A stretch of DNA of 64,000 nucleotides from an uncultured Myxococcales bacterium (GCA_964519665.1 CAZFIV010000020.1:9268-73267), one strand, 5' to 3'; positions 21,282-32,027 are shown, counted from the stretch's first letter. Notes: a model not told the origin generated them from the letters alone. Numbers and translations: made by a program.

Positions 21282-21830
21282 CTACAATACGAACATAATC
21301 GCGTACATCACCACCCAACAAACGCTCACGAAGTGCCAGTAGTATCCCCAGAGCCGGACCTGAACGGCATCCCGCGAGCTGAATCGGCCCGCCTGAACAC
21401 CGATTGACAGGATGACGACCGCTATGACGCCGACCAGCAGGTGGATCGCGTGAAACGCGGCGAGGCCGTAGAGCAGAGCGGCGTACAGCGATTCACCCAG
21501 GTAGATGTTCAAGCTCGCGGCCTGACGAGCCAGCAATAGCTGTAGCAGCAGGAAGATTGCGCCAAGGTTCGCCGTAGCCAGGAGCAGGAGCCGGAATCGC
21601 TGCCGGCGGCCTCGGTCCAGCGCCCTGACGGCCCCGTGATAGGTCACGCTGCTGAGCAGAGCCACCGCGGTGTTGATGCTCGACAGCGTCAATGGCGGCC
21701 TCGCCAACCCCGTCGGCGGCCACGCGGGCATGGACGCGCGTAGCCAGGCGTACAAGACGAACAAGGCGCCGAAGGCCATACCCAAAGAAACGAGGAAGAG
21801 CACCGTCCCAAGCACGGAACGTTGATTCAT
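21282..21830 (-). CDS. Stand-alone heme-copper oxidase subunit III-like membrane protein
   Basis: INTAVALLSS, FHAIHLLVG, YWHFVSVCW; five TM helices; start at 21830 or 21866. Confidence 0.82.
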   Translation of the reverse strand: MNQRSVLGTVLFLVSLGMAFGALFVLYAWLRASMPAWPPTGLARPPLTLSSINTAVALLSSVTYHGAVRALDRGRRQRFRLLLLATANLGAIFLLLQLLLARQAASLNIYLGESLYAALLYGLAAFHAIHLLVGVIAVVILSIGVQAGRFSSRDAVQVRLWGYYWHFVSVCWVVMYAIMFVL

Positions 21831-22183
21831 GCGATCCTGTTCGGACCGAGGCCGCGAGGAAGTCATCTAAGTGTACCCTCATTGTGGAGAATCCGTAACG
21901 CGCCGTCGAGCTCGACACTTTGGATGAATTCCGTTCGCCTTGAATCAACAACGTTGCAACAGCGTTGATCCCTAAGGCTGAAGGGCCTTTACCCGAACGG
22001 TCTAGGACTTGCCTCCAATGAAACCATATCCACTCGTCGCCGATGGCCGAGTTGCCCACCCGTGACCCTTGCGAACGGGAAAGTAGCAATTCTAGCGGTA
22101 GAGGGTTACGTGCATGTAACGATGTCCGATGCTTGTGCGACCTAAGCATGCCCTGTACGCGTGGTTCGAGCGCGCAATCACCG

Positions 22184-22199
22184 TGGCACCCGCGTTGCA
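22184..22199 (+). promoter_or_regulatory. sigma54 (-24/-12) promoter upstream of ccoNO
   Basis: TGGCAC-CCGCG-TTGCA matches TGGCAC-N5-TTGCW; ends 57 bp before the ATG at 22257. Confidence 0.75.
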
Positions 22200-22256
22200 G
22201 GACGGGGCTCTGCCGGCCGCCGATTCCAGGCTGGCTCGACGGGAGAGCCCGCAAGC

Positions 22257-24500
22257 ATGCAGTCAGAAACCTTTACCTACGACGATGACATCACCAGGAA
22301 GTTTACCACCTTTACCGTAATCTGGGGTTTGGTGGCCACGCTTGCGGGGTTACTGATTGCCCTGCAACTTGCCTTCCCTGACCTCAGCTTCAATCAGCCC
22401 TATCTAACCTTCGGCCGACTACGGCCTCTGCATACGAACGCCGCGATCTTCGCCTTTGCTGGAAACGCCATCTTCGCTGGTGTCTACTACTCTACACAGC
22501 GCCTTCTCAAAGCGCGCATGTACAGTGATCTACTGAGTCGAATCCATTTGTGGGGTTGGCAACTCATTATCGTGGCTGCGGCGATCACCCTACCTATGGG
22601 AATCACTCAGTCGAAGGAATACGCCGAGCTCGAGTGGCCCATCGACCTGGCCGTCGCCGTGGTCTGGCTGGTCTTCGCGTTCAACTTCTTCGGTACCATC
22701 GCCAAGCGCCGAGAGCGGCACATGTACGTCGCCATCTGGTTCTACATCGCCACCATCATTGCGATCACCGTGCTGTACGTCTTCAACAATCTCGCCCTGC
22801 CAGTCTTCGCGATGAAGAGCTACAGCCTCTATGCGGGCGTTCAGGATGCCTTCATGCAGTGGTGGTACGGCCACAACGCGGTCGCGTTCTTCCTGACGAC
22901 GCCGTTCTTGGGCCTGATGTACTACTTCCTTCCAAAGGCGGCTGGGCGCCCGGTCTTCTCGTACCGGCTCTCGATCCTGCACTTCTGGTCGCTCGTCTTC
23001 ATCTACATCTGGGCCGGTCCACATCACCTGCACTACACGGCCCTGCCGGAGTGGGCCTCCTCGCTCGGAATGATCTTCAGCATCATGTTGTGGATGCCCT
23101 CGTGGGGCGGCATGATCAATGGCCTGCTTACGCTCCGCGGGGCTTGGGACCGGGTCGCCAAAGACCCCATCCTCAAGTTCCTCACCGTCGGGGTCACGTT
23201 CTACGGGATGTCGACCTTCGAGGGCCCCATGCTGTCGATCAAGACGGTCAACGCCCTGTCGCACTACACCGACTGGACGATCGCCCACGTGCACTCTGGC
23301 GCTCTCGGCTGGAACGGCTTCATCGCGTTCGGTATGATTTACTGGCTCGCCCCCCGTCTCTTTCAGACCAAGCTGTGGAGCGAGAAGCTCGCCGAGCTCC
23401 ACTTCTGGTTGGGGACGGTCGGCATCCTTCTGTACATCGTCTCCATCTACACCGCAGGGATCACGCAGGGTCTGATGTGGCGCGCGTTCGACGATACCGG
23501 TCGCCTCGCATACCCAGACTTCATCGAGACGGTGACTCGCCTGCTGCCGATGTACTATGTCCGCGCGGTCGGTGGCGCACTCTATGTCATCGGGATTGTC
23601 TTGATGCTCATCAACTATGTGATGACGTGGGCGAATCGACCGAAGAAGTACGAGCCCGCAACCTTCAGCGCCCCGCCGCTTGCCCCCACCTACACGGGTC
23701 AGCAGCCCGAGCCCATGAAGGGTGGCCTGTTCGGCATGTTCGCGTACTTTACGGGCGGCCGATGGCACCGGATTTGGGAGCGTAAGCCGGTCGTCTTTAC
23801 CGTGTGGACGACGGTTGCGGTGGTGGTGGCCTCTCTCTTCGAGATCATCCCGACCTTCCTGATCGAATCGAACGTACCCACCATCGCCGCGGTCAAGCCG
23901 TATACTCCGCTCGAACTCTATGGCCGGGATATCTACGTCGCGGAGGGTTGTTACAACTGCCACTCGCAGATGGTGCGACCCATCCGGATGGAGACGGTCC
24001 GCTACGGAGAATACTCCAAGCCGGGTGAGTTCATCTACGACCGACCCTTCCAGTGGGGCTCGCGACGAATCGGGCCCGACCTTGCTCGTGAAGGTACCGG
24101 CAAACTGAGACGAACCCACCTATGGCATGTTCGCCACTTCCGCAACCCGCGGAACATGGTCGAAACGTCTCTGATGCCCGCATACCCGTGGCTCGAGCGG
24201 AACGAAATCGACTATGCATCTATTCAGCCTCGAATCGATGCCATGGTGATGTTGGGAACACCCTACGGCGGGGTGAAAGCGACCGCCGACGATGGCCGGG
24301 AGCTTACCGCGATCCAGCATGCGTTGGAGATGGCCGAGATGCAGGCCGACGAGATCGCGAACAAGATCATGGCCGACGGTGGCAAAGACCTCCACAACAC
24401 TGACGTCATCGCCCTCATCGCGTACCTGCAGCGACTGGGTACCGATCTTGAAAAAGAGTCCCAACAGACCGACGGCGATAAGCCGGTGGCGACGCGATAG
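22257..24500 (+). CDS. ccoN: cbb3 oxidase fused subunits I/II (CcoN-CcoO)
   Basis: FGRLRPLHTN, QWWYGHNAV, WAGPHHLH, HVHSG; then EGCYNCHSQMVRP and WGSRRIGPDL. Confidence 0.96.
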   Translation: MQSETFTYDDDITRKFTTFTVIWGLVATLAGLLIALQLAFPDLSFNQPYLTFGRLRPLHTNAAIFAFAGNAIFAGVYYSTQRLLKARMYSDLLSRIHLWGWQLIIVAAAITLPMGITQSKEYAELEWPIDLAVAVVWLVFAFNFFGTIAKRRERHMYVAIWFYIATIIAITVLYVFNNLALPVFAMKSYSLYAGVQDAFMQWWYGHNAVAFFLTTPFLGLMYYFLPKAAGRPVFSYRLSILHFWSLVFIYIWAGPHHLHYTALPEWASSLGMIFSIMLWMPSWGGMINGLLTLRGAWDRVAKDPILKFLTVGVTFYGMSTFEGPMLSIKTVNALSHYTDWTIAHVHSGALGWNGFIAFGMIYWLAPRLFQTKLWSEKLAELHFWLGTVGILLYIVSIYTAGITQGLMWRAFDDTGRLAYPDFIETVTRLLPMYYVRAVGGALYVIGIVLMLINYVMTWANRPKKYEPATFSAPPLAPTYTGQQPEPMKGGLFGMFAYFTGGRWHRIWERKPVVFTVWTTVAVVVASLFEIIPTFLIESNVPTIAAVKPYTPLELYGRDIYVAEGCYNCHSQMVRPIRMETVRYGEYSKPGEFIYDRPFQWGSRRIGPDLAREGTGKLRRTHLWHVRHFRNPRNMVETSLMPAYPWLERNEIDYASIQPRIDAMVMLGTPYGGVKATADDGRELTAIQHALEMAEMQADEIANKIMADGGKDLHNTDVIALIAYLQRLGTDLEKESQQTDGDKPVATR

Positions 24501-24508
24501 GAGCAGTC

Positions 24509-24679
24509 ATGCGTTTGAGTGAACTCATGAGTAATATTGGGAGCGTCGACCTGGCGTTTTACCCCCAGGTCGCGCTCATCATCTTCTTGGTAGTCTTCGT
24601 GGGTGTCGTGGCCCAGGTCGTGTCTAGAAAGAAGAGTGAAGACTACCAGCGAGCGGCCGAGCTGCCGCTCGAGGATTGA
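24509..24679 (+). CDS. ccoQ: cbb3 oxidase subunit CcoQ (56 aa, not in the ORF track)
   Basis: Manual translation MRLSELMSNIGSVDLAFYPQVALIIFLVVFVGVVAQVVSRKKSEDYQRAAELPLED; GGAG RBS; position between ccoO and ccoP. Confidence 0.85.
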   Translation: MRLSELMSNIGSVDLAFYPQVALIIFLVVFVGVVAQVVSRKKSEDYQRAAELPLED

Positions 24680-24690
24680 GGTACCGAATC

Positions 24691-25281
24691 ATGGCTAAAG
24701 TGACCGACGAACTTCTTGATCATGAGTACGATGGTATTCGGGAATTCGACAATCCTACCCCCGCATGGTGGAACTGGATCTTCTTCCTGAGCTTCGTGTT
24801 CTCGGTGGCCTACTTTGCGTACTACCATATGTGGTCCGGGCCCGGGATCTACGACGATTACCGAGCCGATATGAAGGTGTATACGGAGGCCCGCGAAGAG
24901 CGAGAGCGCAAGGAGCTCGCCGGCATGTCGGAGGAGAAGCTGCAGGCGCTTCTGGGCGACGAGATCGCGGTCGCGGCTGGACTCGAGGTCTACGCGGCTC
25001 GATGCCAGGCATGTCACGCCGAACAAGGAAAAGGCAGCATTGGCCCGAACCTTACGGACGCCTATTGGATCCATGGAGATGCGTCGTTGTCTGCCATCCG
25101 CAAGGTCGTCGCCGAAGGGGTTCTGAGTAAGGGCATGCCGCCCTGGAAAGACCTCTTGTCTCCGAAGGAGCTGATGCAGGTCGTGGTGTACGTAGGAACG
25201 CTTCGCAACCTCAACGTCGAAGGCGGAAAGGCTCAGCAAGGCGAACTGGTCGGAAGCAAAGCGGAGAACGCGGAGCTCTAA
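24691..25281 (+). CDS. ccoP: cbb3 oxidase subunit III, monoheme CcoP
   Basis: DHEYDGIREFDNPTPAWW, CQACH, IGPNLTD, GMPPW. Confidence 0.93.
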   Translation: MAKVTDELLDHEYDGIREFDNPTPAWWNWIFFLSFVFSVAYFAYYHMWSGPGIYDDYRADMKVYTEAREERERKELAGMSEEKLQALLGDEIAVAAGLEVYAARCQACHAEQGKGSIGPNLTDAYWIHGDASLSAIRKVVAEGVLSKGMPPWKDLLSPKELMQVVVYVGTLRNLNVEGGKAQQGELVGSKAENAEL

Positions 25282-25292
25282 GCAGGGGCCGT

Positions 25293-25330
25293 CTGGAATC
25301 GGGGGTCGAGACCTCGGCCCTCGATTTCAG
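25293..25330 (+). terminator. Long intercistronic stem-loop between ccoP and ccoG (attenuator or mRNA stabiliser)
   Basis: CTGGAATCGGGGGTCGAG-AC-CTCGGCCCTCGATTTCAG pairs along its length with three G:U pairs; no U-tract. Confidence 0.5.
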
Positions 25331-25402
25331 GCACTGACCAGTATGGCAGCTGTCGGAGAGGGGTCGAAGCCCTCGCACACCCAAGACGCAGGGAGACTCG
25401 TG

Positions 25403-26773
25403 ATGGACCAACGGTACGAAGGAAACGTGCTCACAACCCTCCGAGACGATGGTTCTCGGATTTGGATGCGTCCCAAGCTCTCGCTGGGGCGGTTTCTCAA
25501 CCGCCGGCGAATTCTCGGCTACGCTCTGATCTTTCTCTTTCTCGTCCTTCCGTTCGTGAAGGTGGGCGGCCACCCGGCCCTGCTCTTCGATGTTCTGTCT
25601 CGTCGATTCCACTTCTTCGGGGTGACTTTCCACCCCACGGATACAGTTCTGCTGATGTTCCTGATGCTCAGCATCTTCCTGGGTATCTTCTGGATCACCG
25701 CCCTGTTCGGTCGTGTATGGTGCGGTTGGGGGTGCCCCCAAACCGTCTACATGGAGCTGCTGTTTCGTCCGATCGAACGGCTGATCGAAGGCGGGCCCAG
25801 CCGACAGCGGCAGCTAGATGGCAAGACCTTCAGCGGGCGCCGCTGGTTCAAGTATGGCGTCTTCCTGCTGATCGCTTTCATCCTCGGCAATCAATTCCTC
25901 GCCTACTTCGTTGGTTGGGAGCGTCTGGCCGTATGGATGACCGAACCCCCCACCGACCACCTCGGTGGCTTCAGCGTCATGGCGGTTACGACGGCCCTGG
26001 TCTTCTTCGATTTCGGATATTTCCGCGAGCAGATGTGCACGGTCATTTGCCCGTACGCCCGATTCCAGTCGGCCCTTCTCGACCGCCAATCCCTGATCGT
26101 GGGCTATGACAAGCTCCGGGGAGAAGCGCGCCGCAAGATCAAGGCGCGCAAGGCGAATGACAATAGCGGCGACTGCATCGATTGCCGAGCGTGCGTGACG
26201 ACTTGCCCCACCGGCATCGACATTCGCGACGGCCTTCAGCTGGAGTGCATTGCTTGCACCCAGTGCATCGATGCGTGCGACACCATCATGGATAAGGTCG
26301 GCAAGCCCCGGGGCCTCATTCGCCTATCGTCGCAGCACAACCTCGAGACCAAAGAGCCCACTCGCATCCTTCGTCCACGGGTCATCCTTTATCCGCTCGC
26401 GATTTCGCTCTTTCTCGGCGTGCTGGTCTTCATGGTGAGCACCAAGGCGGAGGCTGATGTCATGATTCTGCGGGTCAATCAGCCGTTTACGCTCTTGGAC
26501 GACGGGGAGGTCCGCAACCTGGCTCGGGTCAAGATCGTGAATCGAACGGAAGAGAAGCGAACCTACAACGTCGAAGTGGTCGGTCTCGAAGAGCACAAGC
26601 TCGTGTCGCCCTTCCCGGTGACCTTGGAAGGCGGCAAGCAGATGGTGACGCCGGTGTTCATCGACCTGCCTAGCACGGCCTTTCAGGATGGAAAGCGTGA
26701 GGTCGAGATCGTCGTGACCGACGACCATGGATTCCGGTCGGCTCGCACTTACAAACTGCAAGGGCCCGACTGA
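25403..26773 (+). CDS. ccoG: CcoG/FixG 4Fe-4S membrane protein
   Basis: GRVWCGWGCPQT, CTVICPY, CIDCRACVTTCPTGIDIR, CIACTQCIDAC; start 25343-25403. Confidence 0.94.
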   Translation: MDQRYEGNVLTTLRDDGSRIWMRPKLSLGRFLNRRRILGYALIFLFLVLPFVKVGGHPALLFDVLSRRFHFFGVTFHPTDTVLLMFLMLSIFLGIFWITALFGRVWCGWGCPQTVYMELLFRPIERLIEGGPSRQRQLDGKTFSGRRWFKYGVFLLIAFILGNQFLAYFVGWERLAVWMTEPPTDHLGGFSVMAVTTALVFFDFGYFREQMCTVICPYARFQSALLDRQSLIVGYDKLRGEARRKIKARKANDNSGDCIDCRACVTTCPTGIDIRDGLQLECIACTQCIDACDTIMDKVGKPRGLIRLSSQHNLETKEPTRILRPRVILYPLAISLFLGVLVFMVSTKAEADVMILRVNQPFTLLDDGEVRNLARVKIVNRTEEKRTYNVEVVGLEEHKLVSPFPVTLEGGKQMVTPVFIDLPSTAFQDGKREVEIVVTDDHGFRSARTYKLQGPD

Positions 26774-26826
26774 AATCGGACGGCTCAACGCGCAAGACCC
26801 CTAGCTCGGGAGGTTCGGAGAAGACG

Positions 26827-27285
26827 ATGTTCAAGGATGGAAAGTGGTTCCCGTACCTGCTGGTGACGATCCTGGTGGCGTCGGTCGGCGGAAACATCTA
26901 CATGGTGATGATTGCCACCGATGACCCCGGTTTCGCCGTCGAGGAGAACTACTACCAGCAAGCGGTTGAGTGGGACCGGCTCCAGGCTGAACGCGCAGCC
27001 AGCGACGCCCTCGGCTGGAACGTGGTCGTCGACGCTCGACACGAAGAACTTCGGATCCAGCTGACCGACCGGCTCGGACGACCGATCGAAGAGGCGGACG
27101 TCGACGTAGAGGCGTTCGCGAATGCGCGAGCTCGCCACCGGATTCGCGGGCGGATGGTCGAAATGGGGCGAGGCGTTTACGTCCTCGAGCGGTCGTTCGA
27201 GCGATCGGGAATCTGGGAGTATCGACTAGCGGCGGTTCGTGGCGAAGAGCGCTTCCTGCACACCACGCAGCAGGAGTTGCCGTGA
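26827..27285 (+). CDS. ccoH: FixH/CcoH family protein
   Basis: N-terminal TM, DPGFAVEENYYQQAVEW; operon position. Confidence 0.85.
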   Translation: MFKDGKWFPYLLVTILVASVGGNIYMVMIATDDPGFAVEENYYQQAVEWDRLQAERAASDALGWNVVVDARHEELRIQLTDRLGRPIEEADVDVEAFANARARHRIRGRMVEMGRGVYVLERSFERSGIWEYRLAAVRGEERFLHTTQQELP

Positions 27286-28004
27286 ACGAGCTGATGCTTA
27301 CGGTGGCCGTGGCGAGCTTTCTGGGCAGCCTTCATTGCGTCGGGATGTGCGGTGGCTTCGTCGCGTTCTATGCGTCGAACGACCGCTGGGACCATCGAGC
27401 CGGCGTCGACCCACACGCCGCTCTTTGGGGTGCGCACGCCGCTTACAACCTTGGTCGCTTGGCCGCGTACCTCGGTTTGGGAGCGGCAGCGGGGGCATTG
27501 GGAGCGGCGCTCAACCTCGCCGGCAACGCCGCGGGCATTTCCCGCCTGGCCGCCGTCGTGTGCGGAGGCTTGATCGTCCTGTGGGGGGCGACCATGTTGG
27601 CCACCGCCGCCGGCTACCGTCCGGCCCAGCTCGCTCTCCCGTCCTGGTTGAATGCTGGCCTCGGTAGAGTGCTCGTCCGCCTGCGCCAGGCCCCGGCCGC
27701 GGTGAGAGCGGGGGTGCTGGGCGTTTCGTCCGCGCTTCTGCCGTGCGGCTGGTTGTACGCTTTCGCGGGCACCGCGGCCGGAACTGGAAGCCCGGATCTC
27801 GGGGCCGCGGTCATGTTCGCTTTCTGGATGGGTACCGTTCCGGCCATGTTGTCGCTCGGACTCGGTGTTCACCGGCTAGGACGGTGGGTAGGTCCTCGGC
27901 TCGGCGTATTGATGCCGGCCACGCTCATCGTGATCGGGATTCTGACGGTCGTTCAGCGCGGGTTCGAGGGTGAGGGAGTCTTCGCCTTTGGGGGCGGGTC
28001 GTGA
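27282..28004 (+). CDS. DsbD_2 / TauE-SafE-like membrane protein of cco clusters
   Basis: GSLHCVGMCGG, YNLGR, LLPCGWLY, FWMGTVP. Confidence 0.88.
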   Translation: MNELMLTVAVASFLGSLHCVGMCGGFVAFYASNDRWDHRAGVDPHAALWGAHAAYNLGRLAAYLGLGAAAGALGAALNLAGNAAGISRLAAVVCGGLIVLWGATMLATAAGYRPAQLALPSWLNAGLGRVLVRLRQAPAAVRAGVLGVSSALLPCGWLYAFAGTAAGTGSPDLGAAVMFAFWMGTVPAMLSLGLGVHRLGRWVGPRLGVLMPATLIVIGILTVVQRGFEGEGVFAFGGGS

Positions 28005-30457
28005 TCGCGCCCGCCTCTCGGACGACGCCCGTCGCGTGCGACCACTGCGGTCTCCCGGTGCCATCGGGGCTGATTCGGCCAGAGGCGGAGCATCAGTTTT
28101 GCTGTATCGGCTGCCAAACGGTCTTCGAGGTTATTCACGCCGAGGGTTTCGAGGCTTATTACGCGCTTCGTGATTCTATGCCCGAGCAGGCGATCGAGGC
28201 CCACTCGCACACCTACGAAGAGTTCGACGACCCGGCATTCAAGAAGCAGTACTGCACCGAACGGCCCGATGGACTGCTGGCGACCGAGCTCTACCTCGAA
28301 GGCGTACACTGTTCTGCCTGCCTATGGCTGATCGAGAAGTCGCTGGCTCGGGAAGATGGCGTTGCCGAGGCCAGCCTCAACTTCGCCCGGGCGCGACTGT
28401 CGCTGTTGTGGCAGCCGGACGTGCAGCCGTTGTCGGTCATCGCGCGACGGCTGGCGGCGCTGGGCTACTCGCCCCACCCGGCTCGGGGCGGAACAGAAGA
28501 CGTGAAACGAGCCGAGGAACGCCGAATGTTCATCCGGATCGGCGTCGCCGGCGCGGCCGCGGGAAACGTGATGCTCATGGCCTTCGCGCTATACGGTGGT
28601 TCGTTTAGCGGGATGGATGAATCTCATCGGCAGTTCTTTCGATATTTGAGTCTGCTGGCGGCACTGCCCGCGGTCCTGTACTCCGCGGCGCCGTTCTTTC
28701 GGAGCGCTTGGGCGGGCTTGCGGGCACACGTGCTGCACATGGACCTGCCGATCTCCATCGGCATTTCGGCGGGCTTTCTGGGAGGCATGGTCAACACGAT
28801 TCGGGGTACGGGTGAGGTCTACTTCGATTCCGTTACCGCTTTGGTCTTTCTGCTCCTGGTAGGACGCCTGCTGCAGCTTCGACAGCAGCGCCACGCCGCC
28901 GAGAGCTCGGAGCTGCTGTACGCGCTGACGCCGTCCTCCGCGCGTCGGCTCGACGCCGATGGCGTGGCCCATCGCGTGCCGCTGGAAGCGTTGCAGGTCG
29001 GGGATCGGCTCGAGGTCCATTCCGGCGAACGCATTCCCACCGACGGAATCGTCCTCGAGGGCTTGTCTTCGGTCGATATGTCGCTGCTGTCGGGCGAGAG
29101 CATGCCGGTCGCAGTTCGGAGAGATGAGCCAGTGTGGGGCGGAACGACCAACCTTCAGGACATGATCACGATCCGGGTGACGCAGCCGATCCAAGCGTCT
29201 CGGGTTGGCAAAATCGCGGACATGGTAGCATCCGCGGCCCAGAGTCGAGCACCGGTGGTCCAGCTCGCGGATCGGGTTGCAGGGTACTTCGTGGCGGTGG
29301 TCCTCGGTCTGGCTCTCATCACCTTGGCGTTTTGGGCCTGGACGGCGCCCGGTTCGGCGTTGGACCACGCCGTTGCTTTGCTGATCGTCAGCTGCCCGTG
29401 CGCGCTAGGGTTGGCCACACCGCTCGCGATGACCGCGGCGATCGGAAAGGCCGCGCGCCGCGGTATCTTGGCTCGTTCAGGGGCCGCGCTGGAGACGCTC
29501 GGTGGTTTAGCCGGAGGCACCCTGTTCTTCGACAAGACCGGCACTCTGACCCACGGTCGAATGGACGTGGCCAAGAACGAGGGGCCGGCCTGGGTGTGGC
29601 CCCTGGTCGCGGCTGCGGAAGAAGGCTCCACCCATCCCGTCGGGCGCGCGTTGCGCAGAGCTTTTTCAGATCCGGCGGGTCCGGCTGCCGACCACATCGA
29701 GGTCGTCTCGTCGGGCGGCCTTCGCGCCCGCGTTGGGGGCCGCGCGCTGATCGTGGGCAGTCCTCGCTTCGTCGGCAAGGAAGCGCTGTACAACCAGGAG
29801 CTCGACGAACAGGTCGAGCGGTGGTCGCATGACGCGTTGACCCCCATCTGGGTCGCCGTCGACGGACGTGTGGTGGCGACCGTGGCGTTGGCCGACCGCA
29901 TTCGGAGCGAAGCGCGCGCCTGTATCGAGGCACTCCAATCATACGGATTTGAAGTGGCGATTCTGTCGGGAGACCATCCGAGGGTGGCTGCCGCCGTTGG
30001 GCGTCAGCTGGGATTGCCCGTGGGTCGATGTCACGGCGGGCTGAGCCCGGAAGACAAGCTGGCCCGCGTCCGGGCGACCCAGGGGGCGGTGGTCATGGTC
30101 GGTGATGGTGTCAACGACGCGGCCGCGCTGGCCGCAGCGACCGTCGGCGTGGCGGTCCATGGTGGCGCCGAAACCTGCTTCGCGGCCGCCGACGTATTCT
30201 TGCAGCGACCGGGCATCGAAGGACTACTGAGCTTGGTCGAAGGCGCGCGCCGAACCCACCGTACCATTCGACACAATATTAGTTTCTCGCTCGCCTACAA
30301 CATCATGGGCACATCGCTGGCGATCGGTGGGATCCTGAATCCACTCATCGCGGCGATCTTGATGCCGGTCAGCTCGCTGGTCGTGGTGACCAACTCGTTT
30401 CGATTCCCGTTTACGTCGCGATGGTCGAAGGCGCCGACGGGGCGTGGAGGTGCATGA
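28001..30457 (+). CDS. ccoI: P1B-type copper-transporting ATPase CcoI/FixI
   Basis: CDHC/FCCIGC metal-binding domain, [33 protein letters not shown]. Confidence 0.93.
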   Translation: MIAPASRTTPVACDHCGLPVPSGLIRPEAEHQFCCIGCQTVFEVIHAEGFEAYYALRDSMPEQAIEAHSHTYEEFDDPAFKKQYCTERPDGLLATELYLEGVHCSACLWLIEKSLAREDGVAEASLNFARARLSLLWQPDVQPLSVIARRLAALGYSPHPARGGTEDVKRAEERRMFIRIGVAGAAAGNVMLMAFALYGGSFSGMDESHRQFFRYLSLLAALPAVLYSAAPFFRSAWAGLRAHVLHMDLPISIGISAGFLGGMVNTIRGTGEVYFDSVTALVFLLLVGRLLQLRQQRHAAESSELLYALTPSSARRLDADGVAHRVPLEALQVGDRLEVHSGERIPTDGIVLEGLSSVDMSLLSGESMPVAVRRDEPVWGGTTNLQDMITIRVTQPIQASRVGKIADMVASAAQSRAPVVQLADRVAGYFVAVVLGLALITLAFWAWTAPGSALDHAVALLIVSCPCALGLATPLAMTAAIGKAARRGILARSGAALETLGGLAGGTLFFDKTGTLTHGRMDVAKNEGPAWVWPLVAAAEEGSTHPVGRALRRAFSDPAGPAADHIEVVSSGGLRARVGGRALIVGSPRFVGKEALYNQELDEQVERWSHDALTPIWVAVDGRVVATVALADRIRSEARACIEALQSYGFEVAILSGDHPRVAAAVGRQLGLPVGRCHGGLSPEDKLARVRATQGAVVMVGDGVNDAAALAAATVGVAVHGGAETCFAAADVFLQRPGIEGLLSLVEGARRTHRTIRHNISFSLAYNIMGTSLAIGGILNPLIAAILMPVSSLVVVTNSFRFPFTSRWSKAPTGRGGA

Positions 30458-30675
30458 TGTCGGTTCTGTTTATCGTCGTGCCGCTGGCTCTCGTCATCGC
30501 CACCGTGGCGGTGGGGGCCTTCGTGTGGTCGGTGAGAGGCGGACAGCTCGACGACCTCGACAGCCCCGCTCTTCGCATGCTTCACGACGAATCGCCCCGC
30601 GCAAACCGGCGCCGATCCGGGTCACCCGATGGGCCATCGAGACCGCCCCTAACAGACCAACGAAGCAAGGGCTAA
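30454..30675 (+). CDS. ccoS: cbb3 maturation protein CcoS/FixS
   Basis: [13 protein letters not shown]...[21 protein letters not shown]; ATGA overlap with ccoI. Confidence 0.9.
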   Translation: MMSVLFIVVPLALVIATVAVGAFVWSVRGGQLDDLDSPALRMLHDESPRANRRRSGSPDGPSRPPLTDQRSKG

Positions 30676-32027
30676 GCGGCGGCAGGGTGCCGGGCGAGCC
30701 AGTCCTCGAGTGAGCCGGTGTAGCCGACGGATCGCTGATGAGCGGCGATTCTATCGATGAGCCGGCCGACGGCGTTCGCGTCGAGCGGCGGCAAAGAACC
30801 CACCCCCTCGGCGACGAGCCCGGCCGACCGCGCAGCCTGGTCGGTGACGTTCTTGAGAGCGTCGTCGACGGGCAGCTGTTCCAGTCCTAGATACGCTTGC
30901 ACGAGGTGTTCACCGATACCTTGCGAGTGTCGGCGAGAGGCTACGATATTGCCCTTGCCGGTGACGACGTTGCCGGCGCTGAACACGGTCGGAAAGCTAT
31001 CGAGGCGACCGAGGTTCCAGTCGGTGAAAGCGAAAAGTTCGCCCTTCATGTCGATGCCCGGGATCGGTTCCGGGATACTCCCAATCGAGCTTATGATGTA
31101 GCTTGCACGGAGCTCGTACGTTTCGTCGGTGCGAATGAGCTTACGCCCTTCGCCGGGAGCCATTCTCCGAAGCTTCAATCCCACGAGACGGCCGTTCTCG
31201 ACGATGCCCTCCTCAGGGGCGGAGAGCGGCTCGAAGTTGAAGCAGAACTTGCTCTGTGCGCGGTCGAGGATCTTCCTACGGGTCGCCATGACCTTTTCGG
31301 CCTTCTCCCGGGTGGCGTCGGCCGGAATCTCCGACAGGGGCATGTCTTCAGCGCGCCTTCGGTACACGAGCGTAGCGCCGTGGAGGCCGAGGTCCTCGTA
31401 CGTAATGCCCAGCGATTCGCAGGTCTTGGGCAAGCCGGCCTTCTCGAGCGATTCGATATCGACGTCAAACCCGCGGGCCGCCAAGGCAGCGCGCCCCGTC
31501 TCGAGCATCAGCACCTTCACGACATCGAGCGATGCCAGGCCGCCGCCGACCACGACCGCGTTGTCGCGGATGGGATACCGCGGACCTCGGTAGCTCGGGT
31601 CTTCTGAGTGGTTGAACGAGACGATGAATGGGTTCTGGTAGATCAGCCCTTTGTCGATGAACTTGTCGGCATCGGGAATGGGCAGCGGTCGATCCCGCCA
31701 CGCGCCATTGGCCAGGACGACGGCGCCGAAACCCCAGCTCTCGACCAGGTCGCGAAACGCAATGTCCCGCCCGATCTTTGTAAGCGGAACGAAGTGAATG
31801 TTGGGATGGTTGAGAAGCTCTCGAATCCGCTGGAATTCCTTCGATCGAAGCGCGGAATGCCAGCGCGGGAGCCCGTCCTCGATCTTTCCGAACGGCCGAA
31901 CGTTTTGCTCGAATACAGCGACCAGTACGTCGCGGTCGGCGAGCATTCGTGCGACCTGGGCGCCGGCGACGGCGCCACCGATGACGGCAACGGCTTGTTG
32001 GGGGTGCGGAGCGGTCCCTTCATTCAT
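30672..32027 (-). CDS. FAD-dependent oxidoreductase, ferredoxin-NADP+ reductase/adrenodoxin-reductase-like
   Basis: [45 protein letters not shown]. Confidence 0.75.
   Translation of the reverse strand: MNEGTAPHPQQAVAVIGGAVAGAQVARMLADRDVLVAVFEQNVRPFGKIEDGLPRWHSALRSKEFQRIRELLNHPNIHFVPLTKIGRDIAFRDLVESWGFGAVVLANGAWRDRPLPIPDADKFIDKGLIYQNPFIVSFNHSEDPSYRGPRYPIRDNAVVVGGGLASLDVVKVLMLETGRAALAARGFDVDIESLEKAGLPKTCESLGITYEDLGLHGATLVYRRRAEDMPLSEIPADATREKAEKVMATRRKILDRAQSKFCFNFEPLSAPEEGIVENGRLVGLKLRRMAPGEGRKLIRTDETYELRASYIISSIGSIPEPIPGIDMKGELFAFTDWNLGRLDSFPTVFSAGNVVTGKGNIVASRRHSQGIGEHLVQAYLGLEQLPVDDALKNVTDQAARSAGLVAEGVGSLPPLDANAVGRLIDRIAAHQRSVGYTGSLEDWLARHPAAA

Noticed and set aside
21940-21980. FNR box upstream of ccoN
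   Set aside because: Only half-sites (TTGAA, TTGAT); no TTGAT-N4-ATCAA.
22550-24119. Long overlapping ORFs 22550..23785(+) and 22590..24119(-), and similar shadow ORFs throughout the window
   Set aside because: Off-frame or antisense products of high-GC codon bias over well-supported genes; no motifs.
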